Source: Oopsacas minuta
Lineage: Eukaryota > Animalia > Porifera
NCBI GenBank assembly: GCA_024704765.1
Contig: JAKMXF010000331.1
Location: 210,807 to 269,142 of the forward strand
DNA length: 58,336 bases
Direction of reading: 5' to 3'
Position numbers and translations under genes: made by a program. Of this stretch, positions 1-12,620 are shown in pieces. Under the pieces are notes generated by a model. That model worked only from the letters and a program-made list of their open reading frames with translations, was not told where the DNA came from and searched no databases. Within the stretch, counting starts at the first letter, position 1. Each line of letters begins with the position of its first letter.

Positions 1-560
1 TAACAAATGCATAGTCTACGCTTGTCCAATAGATGAACATATTTCAGTGGTATATTCCTTAAAGCTTGTTAGGAAGTATAGAGAAATGGGTAAAGATGAA
101 ATCGCCTACAATTCGTACTTAAGATATCCCGAATATTCATTATCATGCTAATGCTTGTAAAATTTTTGTTATTTGATAGAATATATTGCAATATATAGAT
201 TGACATGTTAAATTATATTATTTATTATGAGTTACTAAACACAATTATCAAATACCTACCACCTCCTGTCCAAGTAATATTAATATAAAATATTTACATA
301 CGTATACTGTCCATTTTTGGCATTTTGGATAATTATACATATTGTAAATTTGTTATATGTAGTGGGAACATAGTTTACATGTTATCAAACAAATTCACTA
401 CTTTCTAGAATCCAACTCTAAATTGACTTATTTATTCAGTTACGTATAAGTATAGCTAGTCTAAAGTTGAATTACATTACGTAAATTTAGTGGTAATTAA
501 GTAATGAAAGTGTATGGAATTCGAAAAAGTCAAATGAAAGAGAAGTAAGATTACTTTAGA

Positions 561-840
561 GTCAAAATCGTACGACAATAATACATTATATGCGGGTCAG
601 AATCCTACGACAATAATACATTATATGCGGGTCAGAATCCTACGACAATAATACATTATATGCCGGTCAAAATCCTACGACAATAATATATTATATGCGG
701 GTCAAAATCCTGCGGCTGTAATTAGTGTAATACATTTTGATGCGGGTCAAAATCCTACGCATATATTACATCGTAGGATTTTGACCCGCACCATAGATAT
801 GCTATTAGGATTTTGTATTGCGGGTCAAAATCCTACGCAA
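561..840. repeat. 35-bp tandem repeat array with core TGCGGGTCAAAATCCTACG plus an inverted copy
   Basis: GTCA(A/G)AATCC units start at 561, 596, 631, 666 and 701 (35-bp period), then at 746 and 824. A perfect inverted 19-bp copy of the core lies at 772-790. Confidence 0.9.
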
Positions 841-1045
841 CAGGTCTAAGTTTTCGCTCGATTACAAGAGTTTGTCCCGATTAATCGAAAATATCTAGTG
901 TACACATGAGTGGAGATGATTACTTTCTGGAGATTTGTCCTAATTTAGCGGATTTTTCGATTAACCGGTGTCCCAATCATGCGAAGTTGACTGTAAATAT
1001 AAACTTTGGGTGTAACAAATATAAGTCATGTAATATTATAACTTA

Positions 1046-2331
1046 CAGGGGTTGTTTAATAAGTAATGAGACTAATGTATCGAATGTATATTCTAGTTAA
1101 TACATCTCTAAGCCTAATATCAAATTACAAGCCTAACTTGATTGTCTAACTTCGATACAATATGATCTTTACTCTACTAGCATATTTTTCAGTATAAAGT
1201 TTCATTTGTATAGGCTACTTTTTTCAACTAATGGATTTTAGCAAAGAAGGAAAACGACAAATAATTTGGTACCTGTGAAAAAAGGGGAAAACTGGCTCAT
1301 ACATTATTCATGAAATGCAGGATATTTCGGAGATGAATGTCATTCAAAAGCCGCCATATACAGATGGATCGAACGTTTTGACAATGGCAATGAGGAACTC
1401 TACGATGACCCTCGTCCAGGTCCGATTTCCTCAAAAACCCGCAGTTAAATCGAGAGGGTCCAAACAATTTTGAACGAGGACAGACGAATAACCCTGCGAG
1501 AATTATAAGAGAGGGTAGGTATATCAAAAGCCACTCTACACTCGATTATCACTGAAGATCTGGAAATGTCGAAGGTAACTGCGCGTTGGGTCCCAAAACT
1601 TCTTTCAAAAGAACCAAAACGCGAAAGATTCAGAGTTAGCAAAGGATTACTTTCAAGATACAAGGAAGAGGAAGACTTTTTGGATCGTATAGTAACGGGG
1701 GATGAAATTTGGTTTATTATTATGAACAAGAGAACAAAACTCAATCGAAGCAGTGGAAGATGTGATGAAACTGTACCTATCAAGGTAAAGGCGGCAAATC
1801 AGCAGGGAATGGAATGTCAACAGTATTTGAGGTATGGAAGGAATTATACACTTCGACTGGTTGCCTGAGAAGACAATCATAAACAGTGATTATTACGTTG
1901 ACGAATTGAAAGGATTGCGTCAAGCGATCAAACGTGAGAGGTGAGGCAAGTTGACACGTGGCGTATTGCTGCAACACGACAACGCAAAGCGCCATGTAAG
2001 TTCCAAGACAATGGCTGCAATTGACGACTTAGGATTCGAATGCCTCCCTCATCCCCCGTATAGTCCCGACCTGGCTCCCAGCGACTACTGGCTGTTTGGA
2101 GAGATGAAGAGATTTGAGGATTTCAAATGGCTGGAGTATGAAATAAAACAGTGGGAAAAGGGACCTCTAAAGAATTCTATACCACTGGGCTGGAAAAGTT
2201 ACCAGAACGATGGAAACGATGTATAAAGTCAAAGGGGGAGTTTATCGAAACATTTGATTACCAATTATGATAAGTATAGGTTTACTATATGAATTATGAA
2301 AAAAGTCTAATTATTTATTGAACAACCCTTG
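1046..2331 (+). mobile_element. mariner (DD34D) DNA transposon, full length, decayed
   Basis: TIRs CAGGGGTTGTTTAATAAGTAATGAGACT and reverse complement CAAGGGTTGTTCAATAAATAATTAGACT; TA at 1044-1045 and 2332-2333; 1286 bp. Confidence 0.93.
1231..2260 (+). pseudogene. mariner transposase pseudogene
   Basis: ATG at 1231; motifs WVPKLL, VTGDEIW, LLQHDNAKRH and HPPYSPDLAPSDYWLFG, with 34 residues between the 2nd and 3rd Asp; several stops and frameshifts. Confidence 0.92.
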
Positions 2332-3419
2332 TACATTCATACTTTGCTTATGTGTATAAAGATAATCAGGATGGGAAATCTAATCATAGTTAAGTCATTT
2401 AGTAGGTAATCATATATTAAGCAAAGTTTATTTGGGCTTCGCCCCCAGAACACAATTGAGAGGCTTCAGCGCCATAAAACCCCCAGCTGGTTTGTTGTAC
2501 CTAAACAAATATTATGCCTCCCAACTGGAATAGAGGCTGGCTACGTCCATGCTTGTATGTACTACATTTGAAGCAATGTTTTGTATGTCTTGTTAAAATA
2601 GAGGACCTGTAGTATATTACAATTTTATGAAGAGGCCATCCTCTTAAAATAAAGTTGACCTACCTACCTACCATCCACAATCGGTAAAAAATGGGCCATA
2701 TAGGAGAATAGGTATTCTAAACGTCCAAGGTATACAAAATGTATTATTTGGATATAGGTTATCAACTATATGTAGTCATATGAAACTTCTCTATTTGTAT
2801 ATCCATCAAATTTTCTTAGTTAGGGCGAAAACAAAAATTTTGAATATTTCTTTATACTTTTTCTTTTGTTGAAAAAAATAATATACTTTGTATTCTCATC
2901 TGTTGTAAGCAGGAAATATCAAACGATAGATATATGCTACCAATATTATAATAATAAATTAAAGAATTAGATGTGTATTCCTGTCAGTCATGTCTAGTTT
3001 GAAGTCCTTGCTCTTACATGTCAGTTTACAAATGTGCCTCAAATCTCCACAAATTTTACAAAGCAGATAGTGTCTATTCTGTGTAAGTACTGGATCCCTT
3101 TGGCTCAAAGAAGAACAAATATATCATTTGAATTGTAAAACACTCTTGTGGGCAAGATGCTCTCAATAATTGTGACTATGATTATTGCACAATTCGTGTG
3201 CATTCATACTTTACGCATGTTGTCTATTCTGTTACTTTTACACGAGTGTTCACATAATACCTTTGGCATAATTTCATATATTATAGTACTTTTCACAATT
3301 AGAAGTCGTAGTATTACTGCGTTACCTCTTTGGTCTACTACTGCTATTATCATTGCTACTTACTGCCCATTCATAAAGTCCATGTGGATGCTAGAGAATT
3401 TGATTCTATGTACAAAAAT

Positions 3420-6018
3420 ATTGTATCCAAATCTTATTCTCAACTTCTTACAAGACCAGAAGAGAGTAATTCGTAAGAAAACTACCAAGTACGAAGTTAT
3501 AGGAGACAAGTTATTAGATCTTCACCATCAAGTCAACTATTGGTTGCCAAGCATCTGAATTGGGAAGTAGTCTTAAGGAAATTCACGATAATGAGGGACA
3601 CCAGGGTGAGATATTCATTTCATATCGCAAAAGATCGTTACTATTGGCATGGTATGTACAGAGACATCCAAACGTAAGTAAACACATACAGGGCCGGCCG
3701 TTGAAACGGGTTCTAAACCGACCGCCCTAGGAAAAATGGAAGCCGTCTCTAGTAATAGAAAAGCGACCGTGCACGTCATGACAAAAATTGAAAGGTATAA
3801 GTTAAAAACTATTCAAGAAAATTACATTTTATAAAACGTCCAACACTCCTCTACTGAATGATATTAATTTCTGGCAAATCTGATGAGTACAAGTAAGACA
3901 AATTAGTGATTGAAATGATCCTGGTCGAATATCCTGCAAATTCACAGTCGTTTACTATAGATAAGATAAAATCTCACGGTGAAAGACTGTCCCTGGTCCA
4001 ATAATACTAATAAGTTAAAATCTTACGCAACAGCACTATATCCTCAAACCAATGGATTGGTCGAATCTTCACATAAGTTAGTCAAAGGACCTTTAGTCAA
4101 GTCTTTCAACGATAAAAATGATAACTGGTCACGTTTTCTGGAAGAGATTACATTTTCAACCAACATCAGGCAGAGAATAACTACCTCATTTTTAGCTGTC
4201 GAGTTAATGCATGGATGCAGCAAACCTAGACTACCCATTCAGGCACAGAGTCTTACCTACCATTGCCCAGAAGATATAGGTGTAGGCGAATGTGCTGTAG
4301 AAGATCCATTGGAAAAAGTTGATAAATCTTATGCTAGATACACAAGAGTTAAAAAATAATATAGTCTTAAAGAGTCTTACTCATTCACAAAGGCTCATGA
4401 AGCAGCAATATGATAAGAAATTAACCCGAGCTAGTGCTAGTGTTAGGAAACTTGAGAAAGGCAATAGCGTGTGTGATCGAGAATGTGTATAGAAACAAAA
4501 AAGGAGGAAAACTACAGAATAAATGGCTTAGGCCCTATTTAATCACCAGTCACTTCTACCAATGTTCAAATACTAAGGAATAATTCTATTCAGCAAGTAA
4601 AGTGATCAAAAGTACCAAACTAGTGAAAAGGTCATCTAACGAGACACTAGAAGATTTACCACCTAAATACTACCAGTGTATAGATAACCAAAATGATTAT
4701 GATTCTTTTCAATCGATGTCGAACGAAAATATACTCATTCCATCATTTCCTTTCCTTGGAGTCGAAGGATCAATTTTGGAGACCAACCAAATCAGAAAAC
4801 CCGGGAAGAGGTGCTAGAATTTCTTAATCTAATGAAGAGTAGAGTAATAGAATCTATTAAGAGCAATACTCCACTCTCATTACTTCATCGACAACTGGAC
4901 CAAAGAATCGACTTTCCTTTTGATGAGCTATTCGATTGGAGACAGGATCACTTTCCTCCAACTAAAATCCCTGAAAACAAACTGATGGAGATTAATACAA
5001 TTCAAGAGATGTCCGAACTGTTGAGTCAATGGTATTTATAGAGTGTCGAAGTAAAGATTCCCTTTTACCAGTATACAAACGATGACTTCGAGTTCTCAAA
5101 ACGTTGGCAGCAAAAAAGCATGAATTATTCAACAAAGGTACTTCAGCCTGTTTTAAATGAATAGATTCTAAACTATCCTGAAACGAAGAACACCTCAAAG
5201 ATAACTTTATCATCGGACACACAGTTAACCTCAGATAATTTTCTTGAAGAGGATTGTGTTACTTGAGGTGGACATTATGAAACGATCGAAATAACGTTAC
5301 TCAGCTTGCATATTGATGCACTTCTTTATGCTCTTGATTACATAAGATGTTCTCCGAATGATTCTCTCTAAACTACCCTTTCTTTAATACAAGCACACCG
5401 ATTTGATCTACTGAGGATACGATTTGCTAAACTTTTAGGCATTCCCCTCTCGAATTTCCAAAACAACCTCATTGGTTATGAGGGGCATATGGTTCAACTA
5501 TTATGCAAAGACTTATCCCTATGCTCAGACAAGCACAAGATAATTTTTCAATGCTGGTCTTGCGGCTATCATTCTGAAAAATATCTTAACCTCACGAACC
5601 TAATAGAGTTCAATTCGGATTGACAATTTCGGTAAATGATCAAATCAACTCAAGTTTTAGATGTTTAAAATGCCGAGACCCTAATGCAAATATTGAGAGG
5701 ATATCAGTTGAATTTATTAAACTAACACCCCTTGTTATTCTCGAAGTGGGGCATCTTGTTACATCAATTCAAGTATCCAACATCAATGAAGAAATGTCAA
5801 TAAGACACAAAGATCTGTTGCATTACACACTTCTTGGCTTCACTGTCCATTCTGGAATACAATTTTCCATGAAAGTAAGAATCGAAAATATTTGGCACGG
5901 ATACGATGGTATGGTAAGGCCAATATTGACGAGACTAATGAGCAGAGAGGTCAAAGATATTAGTCGAATAAATACTCTAGTTTATGTCATCTTCAATGTT
6001 AGAGAGTACACAGAGTAG
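3420..6018 (+). pseudogene. Ginger1/GIN-like integrase transposase remnant with a C-terminal USP-like peptidase region
   Basis: KRVIRKK N-terminal segment; H..GH.G and RYYWHGMYRDIQ zinc-binding region (3580-3675); YPQTNGLVE integrase core (4000-4250); GGKLQNKW.(G)PY GPY/F motif (4502-4545). Downstream are CWSC and CLKC Cys pairs and YTLLGFTVHSG...WHGYDG. No RT or RNase H was seen upstream. Confidence 0.62.
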
Positions 6019-7311
6019 TATTATGTGTTGTTAGATACGTAGTTCTTCGAAAAGTTAAATCTTCAAAAATAGATTATAATTCGTATATTAAAATCTTCTT
6101 TTCACATGCAATTTCATTACTTTTCGCAATCAACCTAGCAGTTCCTGAGTTTATTTAGTTAGAACAATGTCAAGGAATTTAACAATAACCTCCCTACACT
6201 TTGATCCCAAGTCAATAAGAGAAAGACCTGAAGATCCGGAGTTTTATGATACAACAATAGCCTCACATGGCGTCCTAATGGTCAGATAGGATTGATAAAG
6301 TATGGTCTGAAATAATCAGTGGTCAATAGATTCGTTTTTATGTGTAGAATTCGGTGAATGTGTATTTCGAATATGTAGTTGGCCTACCAAAGAGGAGCTT
6401 GCAAAATCTGGGACAGACTTCCATGTTTACAATTTACAGTAATTGAATGTAGTTTGCTTTAGTACTGTGAATACAGTACACCCTGCTAATCCAATGGAGA
6501 ATTACCACCTGGCTAATACAAACCCTCACTATATCCAACAGTTCCACTAACTGTACAAATTCGCATGAGAAAGAAGATTTCAATCCCTCATATTTTGTTC
6601 AAAAGTCAGGATTATACGCATAGCCCTGCCCGAGGCCATAACCAGTTTATGTACAAGTAGTTATAAGATTACTTATCCATTATTCCAATAGTTTGAACTT
6701 TGAAGTAATATAAACGTTGAGAAATATTTGAGAAATCCTCAAAAGTGAGGGGGGAACCAATTTCAGAGGGGGACCATTTGTGTCAAAATAGGAGGCCTCT
6801 GGGCAGAGTGAAACACGGAGGCCTCCATTCCTTAAGATAAATAACGTGAGATGAAAACGCTTCAGCTAGTGTAACAAAGGCAATTAAAGAATTATGGCAA
6901 CCATCTATCTCCAAAAATGTAAAGTGATGGCATTTAGAGATTTTGAATGAATGTATATGTTCTGGAGCACCCTTATGGTTTATGGAGGCCCTGGGCAATT
7001 TCCCTGGGTGCAGTGTCATACCGCCGGCCCTGATTATTTTCTTTGTTTTAGTAAAAATTATGCTGATATTTTTTAAGAGAAAATTCAAGACGCTTCAAGT
7101 TTGAATTGAATCCCAAACCATATTATGAAGATTCCAGATCGACTCAAGTTTAAAGGAAAGTTCAAATTCATTATTACAAATTGATTCAAATAAAGTGATT
7201 ATTCAAACGAGCGATGATCGTCCAATCAATGAACACCAATAAGCATTGAAATACCCTATACAACATCTAAAAGTCACTTTCAAAAAGTCCTGAAAACTAA
7301 CCTCTCTTATT

Positions 7312-8681
7312 GATTGGCGGACATCTCGTATACGGACATTTTCTATACGGCCCTTTCGTATACGGGTACTTCGTCTCCGCCATTTCGTGTGATTGACCTT
7401 ATGTCTAATGGACATTTCATATAATGGACATATCGTGTAGTTGACAATTGATCTAAACATTGGATAATACATGCTATCCACTAACACTTGTGTATTGATC
7501 ATAAACACGTCCACGTTATTCTTATAGCCCATACGTTTGTTTGGGTTGACGACAATAAATCCATTCTTGATTCTTAATGTTATTTGACACTTGTGAATAC
7601 TACTTGTAAAATGAATTAACTATAAATATCTTACTCCTGGGCAAGGAAATATTCAAATTTTCAAATGGCAACTTCAATTGATAGTGGAACTACAACTACA
7701 CTTAATGTTGAACTTTTCAAGTCAACCAAAGGAAAGAATAAAGCTCATATAAAAGGATTTTTGTGTACTCACAATGGTGCAAGTTTAGTAGGTAACCAAT
7801 ATTGGCTGTGCGAACAGCGTAGAACATGTAAGGCTCGATTGACTACATCTCCAGATAGAGCAATATTAATACCATCGTTATTTACTGGAATATTTAGTAG
7901 TCATGCCCATGGACATAATGCAGCTCGCTTCGAAATGTTGCGGGGTTTTCAATTTGATGAAAGACCGTGCATTAGCTGGGGAGGAAACTCGTACGATTTT
8001 GACACTAGGCCTTGTTGGATTAAACGAGTTAACTATAGTTTCTTTGCCTACTCTAAGTTCAGTAAAACGTACAATACGCAGCCATAAGAGTTCAGTAGAA
8101 GAGAATGTCATCAACCATGATTCTGCTATTGATCGTGAAAGAAGAACACCACCATTTCCCATTCGGCTATAGAATTTATATACACGGGTTAACTTAGAAG
8201 TCGCTCGGACGAACAACTCTGTGGAAGGATGGCACAATGGATTTCAAACGGGTATTAGTTGTGCACGATCCCAGTTTCACAAAATTAATTCGTTATTTAC
8301 AGCTGGAACAATTTCTACAAGAAGCGGTGTTAACAAAGTGGGAATGTGGGGAGACCATCATTCAATCTAAACAAAGTATTGCGGGGAAACAAGCGTCTCA
8401 TAACAATCGTTTCAGATTTTGGAAATAGAGAACCAACAGTTATCTAAGAGGATTCACACATAATTTGAACTTCTAAACTATTTAATTGTATTCACCCTTA
8501 ATTACATATTCTATTATCCTACTTTCAATTATTAAACTACGATAATACATCAATTTTTTAGTAAACATGTATTATACAATATTTAGACTAATTGTCCACT
8601 ATATGATATGTTTATTATACGAAATGTCCGCTATACGAATTATCCTATACGAAATATCGGTAGACCAAGTGTCCGATTACC
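7312..8681 (+). mobile_element. MULE (Mutator-like) element with FLYWCH zinc finger, internal deletion derivative
   Basis: Imperfect TIRs built of ATACG(G/A)AC-like units; flanks CTCTTATT (7304-7311) and CTCCTATT (8682-8689) as an 8-bp TSD with 1 mismatch. The N-terminal YWLCEQRRTCKARLTT...HAH region is joined to the C-terminal NNSVEGWHN...FTKLIRYLQLEQ region, and the DDE core is missing. Confidence 0.8.
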
Positions 8682-8714
8682 CTCCTATTAAACTACTGTA
8701 AAAATCACGGATTC

Positions 8715-9896
8715 AATCAAACACAGATTAGATGGCTCTGGATCTCATTCCTCTCCTAGACCATACTTGAATATATACCGATCAAATTATATTGTCTACA
8801 TGTTTCACCCCTTAAGGTAATAGATCGATTCGGGAATGTTCGATGGGAAAATAGGCATCCTAACTTGAGTTTTTCCTGCAGCACCTTTACATTCATATCT
8901 AAGGATTGTAGATATGATCTTGAACCTCATCTACCGAATTGCCGCAGGAAAGTCCAGGTAGACTGAGGATCAAATAGTGAGAGATTATTGAAGTTTAGTA
9001 TGCAAGCGTATCCATGAGCTTACGAACTTACAATTCGACCAACCAGGAGGAAGTGGGGACACAAGCACTGGTAACATGGCAAGAACATTTTTTCATATAA
9101 AAACTGTGTTTTCGGATCGCTTTACTCTTTGGTACCAAATGTTTATAGAGATGTTCTGACAGATATTCACAAGAATTTATCTGCATTACTCAGAGTTGGT
9201 AATAGTAGTGAAGTGTCGATGTAGACAGATTTCGTGGTTGAGTTAGGGACCCTACTCAATGATCCTACAAACCTTTTCCTGGGTAACAATTGGGCAATAC
9301 GCTCCACAGATTCTTGCTCATGCCCATCAGTTTATTGAGAAAAATGAAAGGGTAGGATTGTGTAGTCTTTCTGGAGAAGGGTTAGAACAAGGACATAAAT
9401 TGATCCGAGAGTTTTCAACACATTTGAGAAGGAAATTAGGTTATTTATGTAGATTAAGTGGTGTTGCAATGATGCTCTACATCTATGGTTGCCCAATTCT
9501 GAGTGAAAATACAGAAAGATCATCATTTGTTCCACCTGTGGTCGCGTAGGTCATCAAAAGAATTGTGAAAAACAGGAAAGTAGACAACGTGACAAATAAT
9601 ATTGATAATGAAGATTCTCTTCTTCAAAATTCAATAGATGAATTCTTCTTGTATTTAACATTAATTCTTCAATAAGATACTCATATGTTTGTTATTCTTC
9701 AGTTACCACAGTATATTCATATATTCAATTGTACGTCACACATTGAAAACCTGATGTGATACAACAAAATTGACAAGAAGTGCAACGAACCAAAAAAGTC
9801 GAATTACTATACAGTGATAATGGATTGTATAAGCCTAGATCTAAAATTGAACGAGAAAACCCTAATACTAGTAATTCGCAATACTAGTCCACTGTG
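8715..9896 (+). mobile_element. Transib/RAG1-like transposon, 5'-truncated and internally deleted copy
   Basis: Motifs KHRLDGSGSHS, WENRHPN, PLHSYLR, GNMARTFF, QILAHAHQFIE...LSGEGLEQGHKLIREF and CSTCGRVGHQKNC. The right end is CACTGTG at 9890-9896. Closely similar to 31670-33317, but lacks about 370 bp containing the second Asp. Confidence 0.85.
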
Positions 9897-11286
9897 GATT
9901 AGGAGTATGCAGGTAGTGAACAAAAATTGTCTTTGAAAATAATTAAGGAATTGGGAACAATATTGACTTTGTTGTCACATTAGGTAATAATTCTTAAAGT
10001 GCCGTTGCTGGCACTCGAACCAATTCACAACTTCGTTTAAAACTAATGATTATAATCTCAAAATACTTGGAGACTAGCTCTCAACGGATAAATAAGGGTG
10101 ACTATGTAAGTAGACTAAATCAGAATTTCCTATTTCAAGTATCTATTATATAATTTATTGTTGATTTCAAAAAAGTCTAGCAATATATACCATGCCCAGG
10201 AAAAAATATTTGGCCATATGTATAATTTCCATACAAAAAATAAATTACTATAAGGCCACATAAGCAAATAATTTGTTTGTCATCCTAGTCCGTCCCAATG
10301 TTCACCCCTGTCGTGACAGATTTTGTGCATTGTCTTTGATTTATAATCTCAGAAAAGAATCCAGGAAGAGTCTGTTACCTTAGGTATTATATTTGTAATG
10401 ACAGTCCTTGCTATTATGACATTATGCTCCAGATGTTACACAAATTGAAAATATTCTTCATATAATGTACAATGCAGCTACTAGAAAGCGAGAAAAGTAT
10501 ACTACATATTCCAGGAGTAAATAAAATGTCGTAAGCCGCCACAATACTGTAGAAAAAGCTGGATGAGAAACAAGGAAAAAATTTACATGGCCGAATGGGT
10601 CATGCACACTTAGTTGCGCTGGGCGCACCCGGGATAAAGGTCCGACAAATAATTCATTTCGACATGACATCTCTTATCAGTGTGACGCAATCATGAATAT
10701 TCCCTCATAATTCCCATTTAAACATTACTCAAAATTTTCAGCAGTTGCGGCGGAAGGAAAGTGAGTTTAAGGACGGGCTTTGGCCTTGGAGAAAACACTT
10801 TCCGTGGACTAGATTTAAATACCTTCATATAGACAACAATAAATACAAAACCAATTTCGTATGATGACAAAATCCCTGTAATGTCCAGGTGAAAATGTAT
10901 ATACTTAATGGTAAGTCTACATTTTTGTTAGAAAACAAGTGTAATAAATCATCAACTATTTTTCTGTTCAATCAACCATTTCCCCTACTTTTTCAGTCGA
11001 TCACTAGGTTAGCGGATCACACCAGTGTGGATCGCCCCCCTCCGATTGTACACTAAAATGAACCAAATATCTACGACATATACAATACTAACTGACCATA
11101 AAACCCCTCCATGAGTGGCAACCTGCCGTTGAATAAACTATCTCCGACTCAAATAGTCTATATTATATAGATATTGACCTACGATGAACTACAAGCTAGT
11201 TTAGAGACAAGATATTATCCCAAATTACCGAAAATCGCGAAACTCGAGATATACCCGAAGCTTGGAAGTGGCTCTTTCGCAAAATA

Positions 11287-12620
11287 CAGGGGCATTCAAT
11301 AAATACTAATCATACCATCTAAAACTATAGATACTTGTGTAAAGTTGGTAATTTTTGCTATGAATGTTCAAAGTAGTCTCCTTTATACGCTACAACTGAT
11401 TTAGCCTTTTAATCCAATTTTCAAATGTCTTTCTGTACTCATCCTTGGAAATGACTTCAAGGTATCTGTAAATTGCCCGACCGAGGCTGAGCCGATCCTC
11501 AAATTCGCGTCCGGAGAGGTTATCTTTGAGTTTTCTAAACAGCCAGAAGTCACATGGGGCTATATCAGGGGAGTAAGGTGGATGTGGAACTTCGTGCATA
11601 CCCATATCTTTAATTTTTTGCCTTACAGCCAAAGATTTATCGGTCTAGCATTATCGTGCAAAATTTTGAGACCACGAGTTCCAGTCTTTGGACGACGCTT
11701 AAGATAATGTTTTTCGACCTCAGGCAACACCACATCTGCGTAAATTTGTCCTGTGAGTGTCTGACCTTTGGGAACAGGGATTTGGGCTACAGGACCTAGG
11801 CCATCGAAAAATATGCAGTACAAGACCTTCGGGGCACGGAAGTCGGATACACAAACAGCTGGGTGTACCTCTCCCTTCTTTAGCCATACCCTGCCATCTT
11901 GCTTTCTGATCGGTGGTTTGAATTGTAGCCATGTTTCATCTCCTGTTACTATCTCTAATAATTGCCTAGGGTCACTTCCTTCATAAATTTCAAGGTTTTC
12001 TTTAGCCATTTGGAGTCTCGCGGCCTTTTGTGGAAAAGTTAAGCAATGTGGTACCCATCGCACTTGGACCTTCCTCAGTTCTAAATCCGCCTTCAGAATT
12101 GTGTGTGCACTTCCCGTTGAAATGCCAACATAGTTAGCTACCTCCTCAACCGAAGAATGCGGAAAAGACTCGACATATTCCTTTACTTCACTCATTTTGT
12201 CATTGTTGGTCGCCAGTTTTGGTGCTCCAGGACGAGGGGCGTCTTGGACAGAGGTCCTACCTTCCCTAAATAGGCTCACCCACCTTCTGACAGTTGAATA
12301 CGATAAAGTATCTTCTCCACATATCGTTGCCAACTCGTCATGAATAGACTTTGGAGGGATTTCGAGAATGGTGCGAAATTTGATGTACGTTCGTTGTTCA
12401 AGTTCAGAAAATTTTGGACAAGAGGCCATGAAAAATGTAAAGGAGAAAATGTAGGTTTCTAAAAATAACTGAAACTTAGGAAATAATTAAGTGATCAACT
12501 CTCTCTAAGTTTTGTTAGAAAGTTGAAATATGGTTCTATATAATTGCACTGAGAAATACTAGCTTAGAACTGCTATTTCATTAAAAATATACAGTGATTA
12601 GTATATATTGAATGCCCCTG
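11287..12620 (-). mobile_element. mariner (DD34D) DNA transposon, full length, young
   Basis: 26-bp TIRs CAGGGGCATTCAATA(A/T)ATACTAATCA with 1 mismatch; TA at 11285-11286 and 12621-12622; 1334 bp. Confidence 0.96.
11390..12429 (-). pseudogene. mariner transposase with a single 1-bp frameshift
   Basis: ORF 11623-12429 (HTH region, RWVPHCLT, IVTGDETW, HDNARP) continues in 11390-11632 (HPPYSPDIAPCDFWLF). Restoring one C at CCG[C]AT gives HDNARPHKS and a DD34D triad. Confidence 0.95.

Noticed and set aside
2-151. About 48-codon open frame at the window start (...KLVRKYREMGKDEIAYNSYLRYPEYSLSC*)
   Set aside because: Too short and truncated by the window edge; no recognisable motif.
561-840. CRISPR-like array
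   Set aside because: The inter-core segments are near-identical copies rather than unique spacers, there are no cas genes, and the context is eukaryotic.
3878-3905. Hammerhead ribozyme cores (CTGATGA here and at about 32159 and 44065)
   Set aside because: No downstream stem II plus GAAA in the right geometry.
3689-7032. Single hAT-type element bounded by CAGGGCCGGC (3689) and GCCGGCCCTG (7032) that captured the Ginger-like gene
   Set aside because: The flanks (AACACATA versus ATTATTTT) give no TSD; these are more likely separate truncated MITE ends.
10350-10800. Tc1-like DDE fragment
   Set aside because: Only vague motif resemblance, and no TIRs; cannot be supported.
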